Source of the DNA: Lytechinus pictus
Taxonomy: Eukaryota
Direction of reading: 5' to 3'
DNA: 64,000 nt
NCBI RefSeq assembly: GCF_037042905.1
Contig: NC_087252.1
Coordinates: 1,304,001 to 1,368,000 of the forward strand
Below, in pieces: positions 37,764 through 51,200 of this stretch; the first letter of the stretch is position 1, and each line of letters starts with the position of its first letter. The notes beneath the pieces are model-generated. The model did not search any database, had not been told where the DNA came from, and worked only from the letters and a program-made list of their open reading frames with translations. Position numbers and translations under genes: made by a program.

Positions 37764-39867
37764 TGACTACCCAGACTTGATATTGTTGTCGAAATGTCCC
37801 GTACAACACGTATGGAATCGCCCCAAAGGGAATACGAACATATTTGTACATGCAGTGGTAGAATACGAATTTAGAATATCCACCGAACAGGGACCGAACA
37901 TCAATGCATTTCACTTGCGATGTTGACATGATCTTCCGCCCCTGGATAGTTTATCTCTTTTCCTATTTAAAGCTAGTTTCCCGCTTTTGATAAAGTTTTA
38001 TTGTCCAAAATGGGGTCGAGTCTCGCCATTGTAAGGTGTAGAAAGCTGTGAAGCAACGCAGATTGCAATGTAGAAAAATTGTATGAGAATTGTAATGATT
38101 GTGCATTCATGTTTGTGCAATATGATCCCAGTATGATCCCAGTATGATCCCAGTATGATCCCAGTACATCTATTCTGCATGACCGACATTATTTTCACCT
38201 CGGCCTATTGTCCATGAATAACGGCAACAGCAACAACAATAAAAAATAAAGTAATTCGTTTCGATGAGAAACAAATTAAGGATAGAATATAATTATTGTG
38301 TTCTGTCAAATTCAGAATAAGACTAGAGTTGTACGTAGGCCTACAGAACAAGGTTTTGAGGTTGAAGAGAAAGAAAAGTGGATGGACACTATCATATCCC
38401 GACAGAAGGTGATGGAACAAGGTTTATTGAAGAAAAGCCACTAAGATGGGGAGAGAGTATCAGAGTAACGAGGGGAGGGGGGGGGGGTCAAAGTAGATTA
38501 GTTAAAGAAGAAATAAAATGAGATGTGGGAGGGGGAGGTATATGGGATTGCAATTAGAACACAACGGATGTTTGTGTCTTTTGAATTGTAGAGTATTATA
38601 TAAGATCAATTTGTATATGTTTTTATGATTAGCTAAGAATGCTTTTCACTCGAAGCATATTCATCATTTGCGATAAGTCTACCGTATGTGTCACTTTCTC
38701 GACGCAATCGCTGTGCGGAAGAAAAATTTCGAAATATGATTTATGAATATTGCGCAATGCACGTGTTTGCGAAACCATGGATAGGTCCATGGCGAAACAA
38801 AGCATACATGTATAGTGGTCTCTGTTGCTATTTCCATTGAGCTACTAACGGAGTAATATAGCTCCACGCTATTTCATTGCACATACATCTTTTTTTTTTA
38901 ATTACACGTCTTTACTCGAGTATGCGGCTAGCGCGCGCTAATCGATGTTCCCTGCGCCCTGTTGCAAAAAAAAAATCCAGTCATGTCATCTCTGTATGAG
39001 AGGGTATAGTGCAGGCTGAAAATAATAATTTTTATACTAAATAAGGTAAATTCAACAGAGCAAAAAGCTGATTATGACATTTGAGTCTGATAAAAACAAA
39101 TCTGTATTAGACTATTAGGGTACCATGCATGTATGTGCCCCCACCCCCAGGATGGGAGAGAAGGCTCCTTTCTTTTTTAAAATAATAATCAAACTTTTGA
39201 ATGATGACAGCCCCCACCCTTTTTTTGTTCTCTTCAAAAAAAATTAATTCAGCGCCTCTTCTTACATTTATTTGTAATTTATGGAACCACTCCCATGACA
39301 CTTGAACCCTGAACGAAGATCTGATTCGACAGAAACGAGCACAGTGCAACAACCCGCGTCTGCGCATGTCCCATTTCCAACGGTGCTTACCCGATCGTAG
39401 TCTATAAACCCAGACTCATTTGAAGAAAAAAAAAACACCCGAACATCACACACACACGCACGCGCACAAATGTGTCCCACAGGCCAAGACCCTGTTTCAT
39501 AAAGCTTAGTGATTGTTCTTTGGGTTGATTTCTACTCTTTGATGAACGATCCATCGTAAAAATCATTCGCTAAGTTTTATGTTACGGGGGTGGGGGCGAT
39601 TCATACAACAATGTCTCTGCCTACTTGATCACCCCAATAAAAATGCAATCGATAATCTGTATTAATGTATCAGCCAGCATCATTCGTGCATGGAGATTCT
39701 GTGTGTTTACACATGATTCTGTGTGAGCTTACCAAATGCGACCGTCTGTACGTTTGCTCTTAGTTTACAAGAAAAAATAATGACGTCAATAAAATCCCCG
39801 ACCCCGAGATGGCATTTGTATTTAGGAAACGCTGAATCATTCAAGTGACATTAGTCTTTTGTATCAG

Positions 39868-39993
39868 GGGCCTGTTGCAGAAAGAGTTGCATTTAAACGC
39901 AAGTCCCAAATGCGCGCTGTTGATTGGTTGAAAATCAAGTTGCGCATGATTTTTAGAGTTGCGATTGATTGCAACTCTTTCTGCAACGAGCCC
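39868..39993. mobile_element. Harbinger/PIF-like short MITE with 3-bp TSD
   Basis: cag|gggcctgttgcagaaagagttgc ... gcaactctttctgcaacgagccc|cag. Confidence 0.75.
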
Positions 39994-40353
39994 CAGATGA
40001 TATCATGTGATTGTTGATGATGTGTCATTATTTGTGAAACGTGTAGACTTCTGAAGATAACATTTCATTTTTCTGGTATTATATCATACAGTTGCTTTCA
40101 ATGAAAAACCTTGTCAGGTGGGGCAAAAACAATTGAAAGAAAAAGAGGTCATCAATATTCTGTCAGGGAGAGTCTGAGAGAGATGAAGGAGAAAGAAAGA
40201 AAGAGGAGGGTGAGAGAGAGGGAACAAGTTTAGGACTGATTTACCTTCGAGGGAGGGGGGGGGGGTAAGGCAAAATAACAAAAGGTGCCCAGTGTGTATG
40301 TCGGGCAGTCCATTTGCTGTGATTTTCTCTGAATAGCCTTTATACCTCAGACA

Positions 40354-40500
40354 CACTTGCTCTACGGTGAGTCGAAAACAGCCGTTTTAACATTTTTTGA
40401 ACCAGCTACATACATATGTATCGGTGGTTTGAATAAAAATGAATAAAACGGCTGTTTTCGACTCACCGTACGACCGCCGTAGGGAAATGTGACTGCAGCA
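40354..40500. mobile_element. Partial copy of the MITE family at 52957-53109
   Basis: gagtcgaaaacagccgtttt ... aaaacggctgttttcgactc...aaatgtgactgc. Another degraded copy is at ~35725-35817. Confidence 0.65.
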
Positions 40501-40873
40501 TAACTCTTCATTATCATTCCGAGGACGACCAATGCCTTGATTGTAACGTTGATTTGCTAGCCTAACATGTTTTATTTGTTCTTGTTTATTCAACAGATTC
40601 CTGTCCATTTTGACGAGACCATCTGAACGTGAGACGCTGGGATTAAAGAATGGAATCACCTGGCCTGAAAATCAAATATGCTTGATTGTTGATATCAGTG
40701 GGGGAATTCCCACATCGTGAACTTGGGACATTGAAGCGTCTGCTGCTCTTACGTTCTGTGTTTGCATAATTGACATGATTTTTGCATGGAAGCTCGTGAA
40801 TGCGGATATTGAATGCAATGCTGTGTGATAGATTCATGTACATTTATAAGGAAGTTGCTGAGTCAAACTTACA

Positions 40874-42251
40874 ATGAGTGAAGGAAAGGGGGAGATTTCA
40901 GAGATAGATGGCTCCGCCCCTCTTGATTTAAGAGTAAAAAAGGAAGTGAAGTCAGAGCCGACAACAACACCTGTGACGGAGAATGTTCCACTCAATCTAT
41001 CCAGGCCGGTGCATCCGAAAACTGCCTCTTCAGCACCACCGGAACAACCAACTCCCGCAGCCCCGCCGCTGCAGATGCTTCTACAGAGGGGGACTGGGGA
41101 TGTTGGGATCCAGGGCAAGCCAAGGAGTCCAGAAGTACAAGCAGCGGTTGTTCCCCCTCCACTTGTTAAGCACAGTACAACCGATAGTGGAAGTGTCAGC
41201 AAGACAATGCTTGTTAAAGCACCACCCAAATCTGCGGCACCAATGCATCACCAGATCAGCGTGGTGCCTCCGCCGGATACGATGGCTTCTGGACACGTTG
41301 GTGGTGCCCCCTACAAGAGATCAGCTCCTGCTCTTCTTCAGCATGGCTACCTGGTTCCTCCACATCTAACTCCTCATGCAATCGCACTGGAGACTGTTGT
41401 AGGGAGCCCGAAGATACCGCTGGGTACCTCTGAGAGTAATCACGCTTCAGGGAACGTCAAGACAACATCTCCAGTCATTCCCTCGGGACCAACTAAGTTG
41501 GCCAAAACAACGTATTTAACGCCACCGGCACTGTCACCCACTAAAAGCCCCAAAACGATAACTGCTTCGTCGGTTTCAGCAGGTGCACCTTCCCCAGCGT
41601 CAGCAAGAGCACCTTCTCCAGCAAACTCCCCAGCGCATGAGCACTATGTTAAAGCACCCAGTCCTCGTCCTCATCCGAAGAAAAAGACTTCACCAGTACC
41701 GCGGGAAAGTCCCAGTCATGTGGTTCAGGTGACATCAGAGTCTGGTCCTGCCAAAGCCTCTCCAACCTCGAGTGGAAGACCTGACAAGCATGGTCCAACT
41801 CTTCATGGAGTACACCAAGCGTTGCCAATAAGCATGGACAGATTAGTAGCACACGGGGCGCCACCGCGGCCCCATGGCACGACTGGACCCCATCCTGGAA
41901 ATTCGCAGAAACACCCTTCAGGTCACCCGTCACCGAGCGGTCTGCACTCCCAGGAGGTTCCATCACACCCTCGACCAAGGTTACTGCAGCATCGCAAGAA
42001 ATCCCCAACCACGTCAACGCCAGCGACGAAAAGTGCGCTATCGCAAGGCCCGGAGTTAACGGCAGGACCGCGTCTTGTTTCTGGTTTACCGCAGCATCTA
42101 CCGCGGCAAGGACCACCTCTGCATGTCTCTCCGCAGCAACTACCGCAGCGGTTACCGATTGGGACTCCTCATCACGCTGTGCATGCCCCACCAGTGGAAG
42201 CATTGTTAACCCTTCGCCATCCCATCACGGCTGGCTCCTCTATTCCAGAAG
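40874..42251 (+). CDS. BCL3: BCL3-like coding exon 1 (Pro/Ser-rich, PLDLR and PLNLS motifs)
   Basis: Long ORF, donor GAAG|gtatgt. Confidence 0.85.
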
Positions 42252-45200
42252 GTATGTCTATACAATGTAAAACAAAAATGTCGTTTGTATAACCTCATCT
42301 ACATGTAGCCTCAACACCAACAAAACTGTCAGTCCTAGTTTTAATTTATATGTCACATGTTAAATGTGGAATTGCCCAAAAGTCAATTGCCGATCGAGAA
42401 AAAGAAAAGACTTGTAAAATCATGCTGACTCAGAAGGCTATATTTGGTATTCATATCAACGATTTTTAAAATCAAACTTGATTGTTCTCCACTTATAGGG
42501 TGAAACACGATTAAAGCTAAAGTGCAAAGATACAATTCATATGACAATTTTTTTTGCATTCATAATGTGAAGAAAATTAAATTTAACATCAATGTGAATT
42601 GAAAACAGTCTGTTACATGTACATTTATTTATAATTTCACTTACAACGTAGATCTAGTCTATTCTAAATCATATGATTCGATGTTTTTGACTAAAGGTGT
42701 ATCGCTTTACCCTCCACGTGTCACCCGCCCGCCCGGTATCAACCCAGGACCGCATGGACCCTCTCATGTAGTCTCTCCAGCTACCAACCACCCAACCCAG
42801 CCACGCCCCTCTCCGCCCCGCCCTTCCCCACCCCGCCCATCTCCACCCCGTACCGCAACCACTCCCCACACCTCGGCGCAGGTGTCCCCATCCTCCTCTT
42901 CCTCCCCGCCGACCTCCTCCACCTCCCAGCCACACTCATCCACCCCTTCCTTTCGTGAGCTGCCACACCGGGAGACGATACGGCATCCTGGAGCAGCCGG
43001 ACAGGGGTACATCCCACCACCCCCTCCTAGCAGCGAATACTACCCAATGAGACCAAGGGGGCCTCAGCCACCCTCCACCACTGGCCCCGCCCATCCCTCC
43101 GGTGTACCACCTCGGATACAGACACCTGGCCCCATGCAGCCTCCTGGCCAAAGTAAGTTTGTATAACTCAATATTTCATCATTGCCTTTTGTCTGTCACG
43201 TACACAGTCAGACCAACAATAGTCCTAGCCGTATGATGGTACTGTATGTCACTGAAAATAATGTAAAAGCTTTTGTTGGTCAGGGGCGGGTTTCACTGGT
43301 GTAACTGTAGCATTGCATTTTTAGGGTCCATTTACATAAACAGTTGGAATCAAACACAACTTCATTTTGAGCCAATCAGACTTCATATTTAGGACTTTCG
43401 TTTGATTTTTGTTTTTAACTCTGATTCCGTTGAAACGCAACTCTCTCTGCAACGCGTCCTTGATCTGAAGCTATCATAGTCACAACACAGAAATAGAATA
43501 GAGTATATACATAGGAGGGATAAATTTCGGAGTATCGGCCAGACAGACACTAGTCCCGATCTTACACGATATTGATTATTAGTAATTCTAAAACGAGCAT
43601 AACGTCGATTATTACCTTTAACTACCATCCGAGTTCATTTTATATCTAGATCAATGCCAAATACTGATAAAATGAATGTGATACCTTCAGGATATTCATT
43701 GTTCATTTTATTGCAGACCGGACCTCTTTTACCATGTTGGGCAACCCCCACGTCATTAGCCATATATTTGTTTGTGAAAGAAAAAAATTATATTGCTTGC
43801 GTCAGTAGTGGTTGTGGTATTGTTCAAAGCGTCATGACATCATCGAGATCGTGTTTCAAAATCAAAGCGATACCGGAACATCACGTACCAGTGATAAGTT
43901 CATACTCTCATAAACCTGAAGTAGACTTTGTAACCCCCCCCCCCACACACACACACACGCACACACCCGTCCTCGTATACACACCATAAAACCAAACATT
44001 GAGCCCCGTGTTCACTCAGATTTATGTGAATTTACATTCGCGTTAAATGATATCGAATTGCCCTTTTCGGGTACACTTTAAATAATATTGGGTAAAATTT
44101 TAACCAGCACGAGGTTAATTATGTTTCCAACCATTTTGGGGAAGTATTTTACCAAATGCGGGAAGCATATTGTCCAGTAAGGTTACAAAATAAGCAGCAA
44201 TCTTTAGAATGGGCAAAATTTTCATCACACTGGATAAATAAATATGCTGGTTGGACACATGATAACCCTCATGGAGCATTTACCCTAATTACCTAATTTT
44301 TTTTTTTTGAGTTTTTTAATTTTCCATTTCATGAAGATGATTCAAAGTTGTTCAAGACGAGTCGAATACACTTGGAAGAGAAGTAGAAGTGCAAAAAGAA
44401 AAGAAAAATTCAATAAAAAAGGGAAAGGTTATCAGAAGGGAGAAATCCGTGAAAGTTGAATACACGCGACAGCGGGAATAGGAGCTCGGCTACCATTTAG
44501 TCTACTAGTCTTTCAAACATAATTATATTGTGTCCCAAGTCTTTGAATTTCCTCTCAAAATGAACACAAACTTCGCATGAAAAGCGATTTTTTTTTTGCC
44601 CTCTTTTTAATCTATTTTATTTTTCCATTAAAATCATTTGATGTACCACTTTCAATATTATTTGACATATTTTTTTACACATTTTCGAATAGATAAGCTA
44701 CAATTCATGATCAAATTGCGTCTGAATTTAATTTCAATGATTAATGGATTAGGAAACGATTTGTTGAAATTTTGTAATAGATAAAGTGAGTCGGGATCAT
44801 TTACCTTTAATCGTACGCACCTCTCTTCGCTCGAATCGCAAACAGCAGAACTTGAAAAATATGATTACCTTATTTGCACATTGCTCTTGTAAAATACGCT
44901 GTAATGATTACAAAGAACATTATTATATATGTTATAACTCCACTTAGTATGAGGTAAAGTCCCGGATTTGCTTGCCAAAACAAGCATTATTAATTTCGTA
45001 TGTGGTTATGACTTCCGTTTCTCGAGTGTCAATTTCTTAATTCTAGGTTTCTAACATTTATGTGGTAAATTGCCAATTCATCTATTGCCAACTCGTCCAC
45101 TCACCTCATGGTCTGCCTCGATTTAGTCTAATGCTATTCCGTTCATCAACATTTCGTCTAACAACCATTTGGTCCAATCATCACTTCGTCTAATAAATAG

Positions 45201-48200
45201 TTGGTCTAATGTCCATTTTCTTTTCATTCATTTCGCCCAGTTAACACCTAGTTCAATTAGACAAGGTTATATGGACTAAATGGCTATTGGACCAACTGGT
45301 TATTTTAGGAAATGACAATTAGACCATGTGGATAGTGGACGAACTGATGGTAGACCAAATGCCAATAGTAGACGAGTTGGTAATTCTTCTTTTGTTGTTG
45401 TTCTTCCCCTTCCCCTTCTCCTCCTCCCCCTTTTTAACTTCAAGCTGAGTGAATTTTGTAAAAATTATTTTTTTAATTAGAAAGTTAATGATAAGGCTTA
45501 TATACTTTCTAGTTGTTAGGTGAACACCGATGTGATATAATACGTCCATCCTTCCTAAATCACTCATTGTCCAAACTATCTTTTCGAACAATCAACGACG
45601 GTTATTCCCCTCTGCTTCAATTCTTGTTTTTCTTTAAAATAACACAAATGAAATTGAAACTTCTTGAAGCTGGCTCCCAGCCAATACATCCTCCCCTTTC
45701 TTGATTAATGGGGATTCCCCCAATGTATCACGTGATCTCTCATTTGGCGCCAACTCGCGTGAGTTGGCTGCTATATATTAATGCACACAATACCCTCGCG
45801 GATTTAGATGAAAATGGGTGCTGAGAAGTGAACCCATTCGACACAAGGAAGGCTCCATCAAAAACTGTTTGCAAAGTCAGAGAGTTGGGGAAAAGATTGA
45901 AATAGTCTCAATTTTGTTTCCTTTTCGACCCTCAAATCGAGTTTATCCTTCAGAAAGGCAGCTTTTCTCGAAAATGCTCTTTTTGAATATTACCATACAA
46001 TCCAAATCTGAAGATTGAGAGTTGACGATCCCCGACTCTAAAAAGTCACTTATTATATTTTTTGTTGTGGACATTGCTGTAATAGTTTTGGGTGTGTGTG
46101 TGTGGGGGGGGGGGTCTGCATCAGTCACTTGAAATCCTGTCTGAGTCTAAGTTTCGAAGGTTGGGTGACCTTGGCTTTGACACATTTCATCTATCATCGG
46201 CCTGTATATTTTTGTCTGGCGTGCTTGAAGTTGAGGTCTGAACTTTAGAATCAAGTTCGGAGCGAGGGCGGACATTGCTTGAGACGCGACTGGGGAGCGG
46301 GCGACAGAAGTGGACGGACACCCCCCCCCCCCCCCCTTGAAAAAAAACAAAAATTGCTGCCATAATTTGGAGAAACAATAGATTTTTACTAGAATTAGTA
46401 GTTCGTTATGCACAGAAAACCCAGTTCAGTTCAACTTCTGGTATAACAACGGCAGGAAAAAATATTTCTTTCAAGGCACGTCATTCCAGACATGCCGGAT
46501 CTCGGGTCCATTACTCGTTGGAAAGTATTCGTATCCGAACGGAAACCGGATCGCTTTGTTTTTAGTGTAAGGAGGGATCCCTGGTGTAAGAGATACATGC
46601 ATACCAACAATGTAAAGGACCGTGGAGGAAAAAACCATAGTGAATAGTATTCTGATAATTAAAGTTTAACCATGGACCTACTGGTTTAACCCTAGTCTAA
46701 ACATGGACGTACTAGGTCTAAACTAGAATTTTAAACCCCACTTCTAGTTCTATGGAACGCTGGCCTTCTTAATATTTATTCTATATTCGTGAAAATTATA
46801 ATGTACATGTATCAATCAATTCATTAAAATTCATAATATATTTTTGTATGTTTCAATTCTTCCCATTCCACGTCTCATTTGTTTTTTTACAACGTTTTGC
46901 AGCAGGATAAGAAATAATATTTAATTGATGAATGGGTTGACAACTGGCACTCCATAAAAGTGGTTCAAGTTACCCAGGTTTAATCATAGCTATCATAATA
47001 CCACCCAGTGTAACTATACTCCATAGTGTTATTACGCCATAGCAGAGCCAAGAATACATGTCTTGCGTCATTTTACAATTATTGCATTATGGATCAATAG
47101 CTTGGAACCTCGACCTTATAGGGGTACTCCAGGCTGAAAAGATTTATATACAAAAATAGAGTTAAAATTCACCAAGTAAAATGCTGAAAATGCCATCAAA
47201 ATCTGATAACAAATAACAAAGTTATTGAAGTAGTTAAGCAATATTTTGGAGTACGTGTCATCAACATTGTCTGACGAGTTTTCCGATCCTTTAAAAGCTT
47301 TCCTTGTCTGTGATTGGCTGAGAATCACAGACGTCTGTTTGTTACTATGGTAACTGCCACAAAATAACAACTTCATGACACGGTTGCCTTGTCGATTCAT
47401 CAATAAATCCAAAATTCAATGCAATTTTTCAATTGATTTATTCAATACTTTCATTACAAATGAATGTATCAATGCGTTTGCCGTAATTAAAAAGAAACAA
47501 ACGTGAGGAAAGAAAACAATATAAAACCTATATACCGCATGTTCGAAATGAAAGTATGTGGAGAGGTAGAACGACTGCGCCTTGTAAAAAATAAGCGCCA
47601 ATCTCCAAAAAGGTTCGTACATTATGAATGTTGCAATTATTTAATTGATGAAAACATAGCCAAAAAAAATCATAGGAATTATTATTTTTTTTTAATTATC
47701 AGAATTTTACCAAACACGTTATTTGAATAAAGGTAAATGTCTCTGAAGTTTAAACAAAGGAATTGAACTTCGGCTATCAGATACGCCTTATTTAGACATG
47801 ACTGCTCATTATTGCTCAACGTGCTTTTCCGAGTATTATGGTTGACATTTTATCATTTTCAAGAGTAAGCAAATATAGGCCTATCCGCGGCCTATGTATC
47901 GGTTAGTTAACTCTTTGTGCGCTGATTTTTTTTTTTGGGGGGGGGGTGATAATGATATTGTTCCGATATTATTTTCTGTCCATATTGCACCACTGATGTT
48001 ATCCAAGAACTATTGCCTTTTATTAGCTTATCTAATTTGAAGGTAGGGGAGAAAACTAATTATTACGATTGTTGAATTTTATTGTACAATTGTGCAAGAA
48101 ATTGCAACATCAGCGCGCAAAGGGTTAATGTTGTTTTGCGTTTTGGGGTATAACATGTTTTGATATCATATGCCTAAATATATATTTTTTTCGTAGAACA

Positions 48201-51200
48201 AAGTGATCTACCGGGATGTTGCAATGCTTCCCAAACTAAATAAATGAGCTTCTAAGTGTGCAATATTAAGTTTCAGAATTACATGTAGCCATGGGAAGTT
48301 AAACAGACATTTACGTCACAATACTGTTGTTGTTGTTGTTGTTGTTGTTGCTATCTTTCAATGTTTTCTGAAATAAGTTGGATATTTCTACTCTTGCGTT
48401 ATTACCAACTTTCGGATTCTTTTCAAGTAAATATCTATGAGGTGCTTTGAAATAACATATCCCCGCAAGTTAGAACATTTTAAAAATATATGAATATTTG
48501 TAAACATTAACACATGCTGTACTAGTATATTCGTCTACGGAGTTATGGGCCGGTACATAGACCCAACTAGAGTTCATTTGGATTTTATTCTGTGGCATAT
48601 CGAATAACAATAATTGTAGTCCCGTGTGTATCAAGCTTGCTATATTTTATCTTCTTCTCGACTGTTCTAAATCATGATTTGTTTGTTTTCTTATCAATAG
48701 TAAATTTGCTTGGGTATTAATGTTTAGTTTGCGAATTGAAAACTGCACAATAGACTTCCTTTTGTTGACCCCTTTAACCCTTGTTCAAACCGTGCTGTAA
48801 ACAATTACAGTGCTCTGTGCAAATAGGGGTACTAGCATAGAGCTATGGTACTAGTAAACGTACACCCATGTCTACGTCTGCGTACATAATTAAATGGGCA
48901 TTGACTGTGTGTGCATGTACTGTACAGTGGGAGCGTTTTTGTGCATGTATGGATGGGGAATCCCCGGTTACGCAGTAATATCGATGCCGCCCATTGAGTT
49001 TTCGTATTTATCCCTTGCAAAATACTTCAGACGCTTTCTGCGTTGCAATGGCAATGGTATCATGGAGTTTGTCTTGAAATCAGTGGCGTAGCTAGGATTT
49101 TTTTCCCGGGGGGGGGGGGGGCACTGGGGGGTCCTTGCTTTTTCAGGGGGGGCACCGGCCATTTTCCGGCGGATCCGACTTTCGCCAATAGGGGACGGGG
49201 CCCGAAATTACCTTCACCTATATCAGTCACTTCTTAGTTTTATTCTTATAAAACAACATAAACATAAAATAATCTCATAAGCCTTATAAAAAAAAGTGCG
49301 AGCGTGAAGCGCGAGCGATTTTTTATTTTTTTTTACTTCAATGTATTTTTTCCTGAAAATCTAATTTTCTGGGCAATGTTATGTGTGATCCTGAACAAGA
49401 TTCGTATGTAACTAGATGGTTACTTCGAACGCCAAGCGCGAACTGAAATTTTTATCAACTGTTCTAGCATTATCGAAAAGGGACCTGTTAAGGACTGCAT
49501 TTTGCTCAGTAAATTATACTCTATTTATTAAGCTATAAATACTTCCAGCCCGGACCATCCCTTTAAGTGATGACCATAAATTATAATCTATCACGGCCGG
49601 ATAATGACGTTCACGCATACGGTCAAAATGGTATCTAAATTAGCAAAGTCAAGGGGTGTAACCGTGTAAGCCCGCTTTTTAACAGCCTAATACGTGATGA
49701 TTGTGTGTATGTGTGTGGGGGGGGGGGGGTCACACTCTTGAAAATGTTTTAAGCATTATTGAGGAAGAGGAAATCATAACAAAATACTGGAATGACTCCA
49801 CTTGGATTCTTGGGAAGATCAAGGAGTTGTGCTGGTAACTCCTTGGGAAGATCAATGTATAAGCACGGTGCCTCACTAGACTGCAGGCACAGACCCTGAT
49901 CGAAACTTTGATCAGCAAGTGCGTCTCCGCGCAAAGACTAGCACATACAAAACTTGCTGTTTCAAGAGGGCCTTCAGTACACAAGGCATGAGTAGACTGC
50001 ACATTCAGACTGTTAACTCGGGTGAAGGGTTTGCACAGCAGACTAGTGCCTTACCTTGAAATGACAGTGGGTCCTACATCTATGCCATGGAGGGGGGGGG
50101 GGGGGGTCCCACACCACTCCGGTGTGGCAAGGTGGGCCCTAACCGGGAAACATGTGATCGTAAGGTCCAAAGTTCGACCAAACATCACAATTAAATGCAA
50201 ACATAATGGTGTTTGACAACCAGCCAAGATGTTCGAATCTATTTCATGAGAAACGTGGCTTAGACGGTGTTTTTCCCCATCGTTCAAATCGCAGTTCTTA
50301 TCTACTGCGCAGTTCTAAATGTCCACAATGGTCAGTTACATTTTATTATCTTTAAACACATACATGATGTATTCGGATTATAGGGGCGTCGTGGTCTCTT
50401 TGTTACGACTCTCGTCTTTCAAACAGAGGGTCGTGGGTTCGAATCCCAGCCATGGCGTGTTTTCCTTCAGCAAGAAATTTACCCACATTGTGTTGCACTC
50501 AACCCAGGTGAGGTGAGTGGGTACCCGGCATTATTGATTCCTTGAATGCTCTGAGCGCTGAAAGGCGGCTCGAGCTAAAGCCGGGGTAATCATGATAACA
50601 ATGCGCATCGGAATATATTATTTCTAGATAGATGGCGCTATATAAATGCCTATTATAATTTTTGTTATAATTGTGTTGAGATTTTTCTTCTCCCCCCATA
50701 ATTTTTTTGATTTCCCTTCAATTTACTATAGTCCTGTGAAAACGAATTATAGGAGTATTAGAGATGTAAAGCCCTTTCGAGTGGTTCATCTGCTTGGCGC
50801 ATTGGCATGAAATTAGGAAATCGGTACATGATTCATATTTGTAATCATTATTCAATTTGTTAGATGTTTGTAATATGTATTGTTTAGTCAGTAAGCTGTT
50901 CATTCTTGGTCCTAGTACCCCCCCCCCCCTCCGTCTCAGTCTATCTTCCTTATTATCCCCTTTTCGATGATAGTAATGGCGCAATCTTGCGTGTGAAATC
51001 GTTTTAGAGGTGATAGAATCTTAATGGAATGAGGAAATAGTTGGGAAACCCGCAACACACAGGCATTGTTAGTCCAGACAAGTTACGAAGAAAGATGTAC
51101 ATGACTGTACACGTCAAGCTGACCACATTCCCCTATCATGGGATTGTGGGGTGTTAAACGGTTATTAAAGGGTTATTGGGGCTGAAAATAATTTATATCT

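Noticed and set aside
49730..50060. Exon-like ORFs on the minus strand in BCL3-like intron 2
   Set aside because: No recognisable domain and no consistent splice pair.
50383..50455. tRNA gene (also ~60597, ~59570-59642, ~29755-29828)
   Set aside because: The tRNA-like heads continue into shared SINE core and tail sequence, and no clean cloverleaf is evident.
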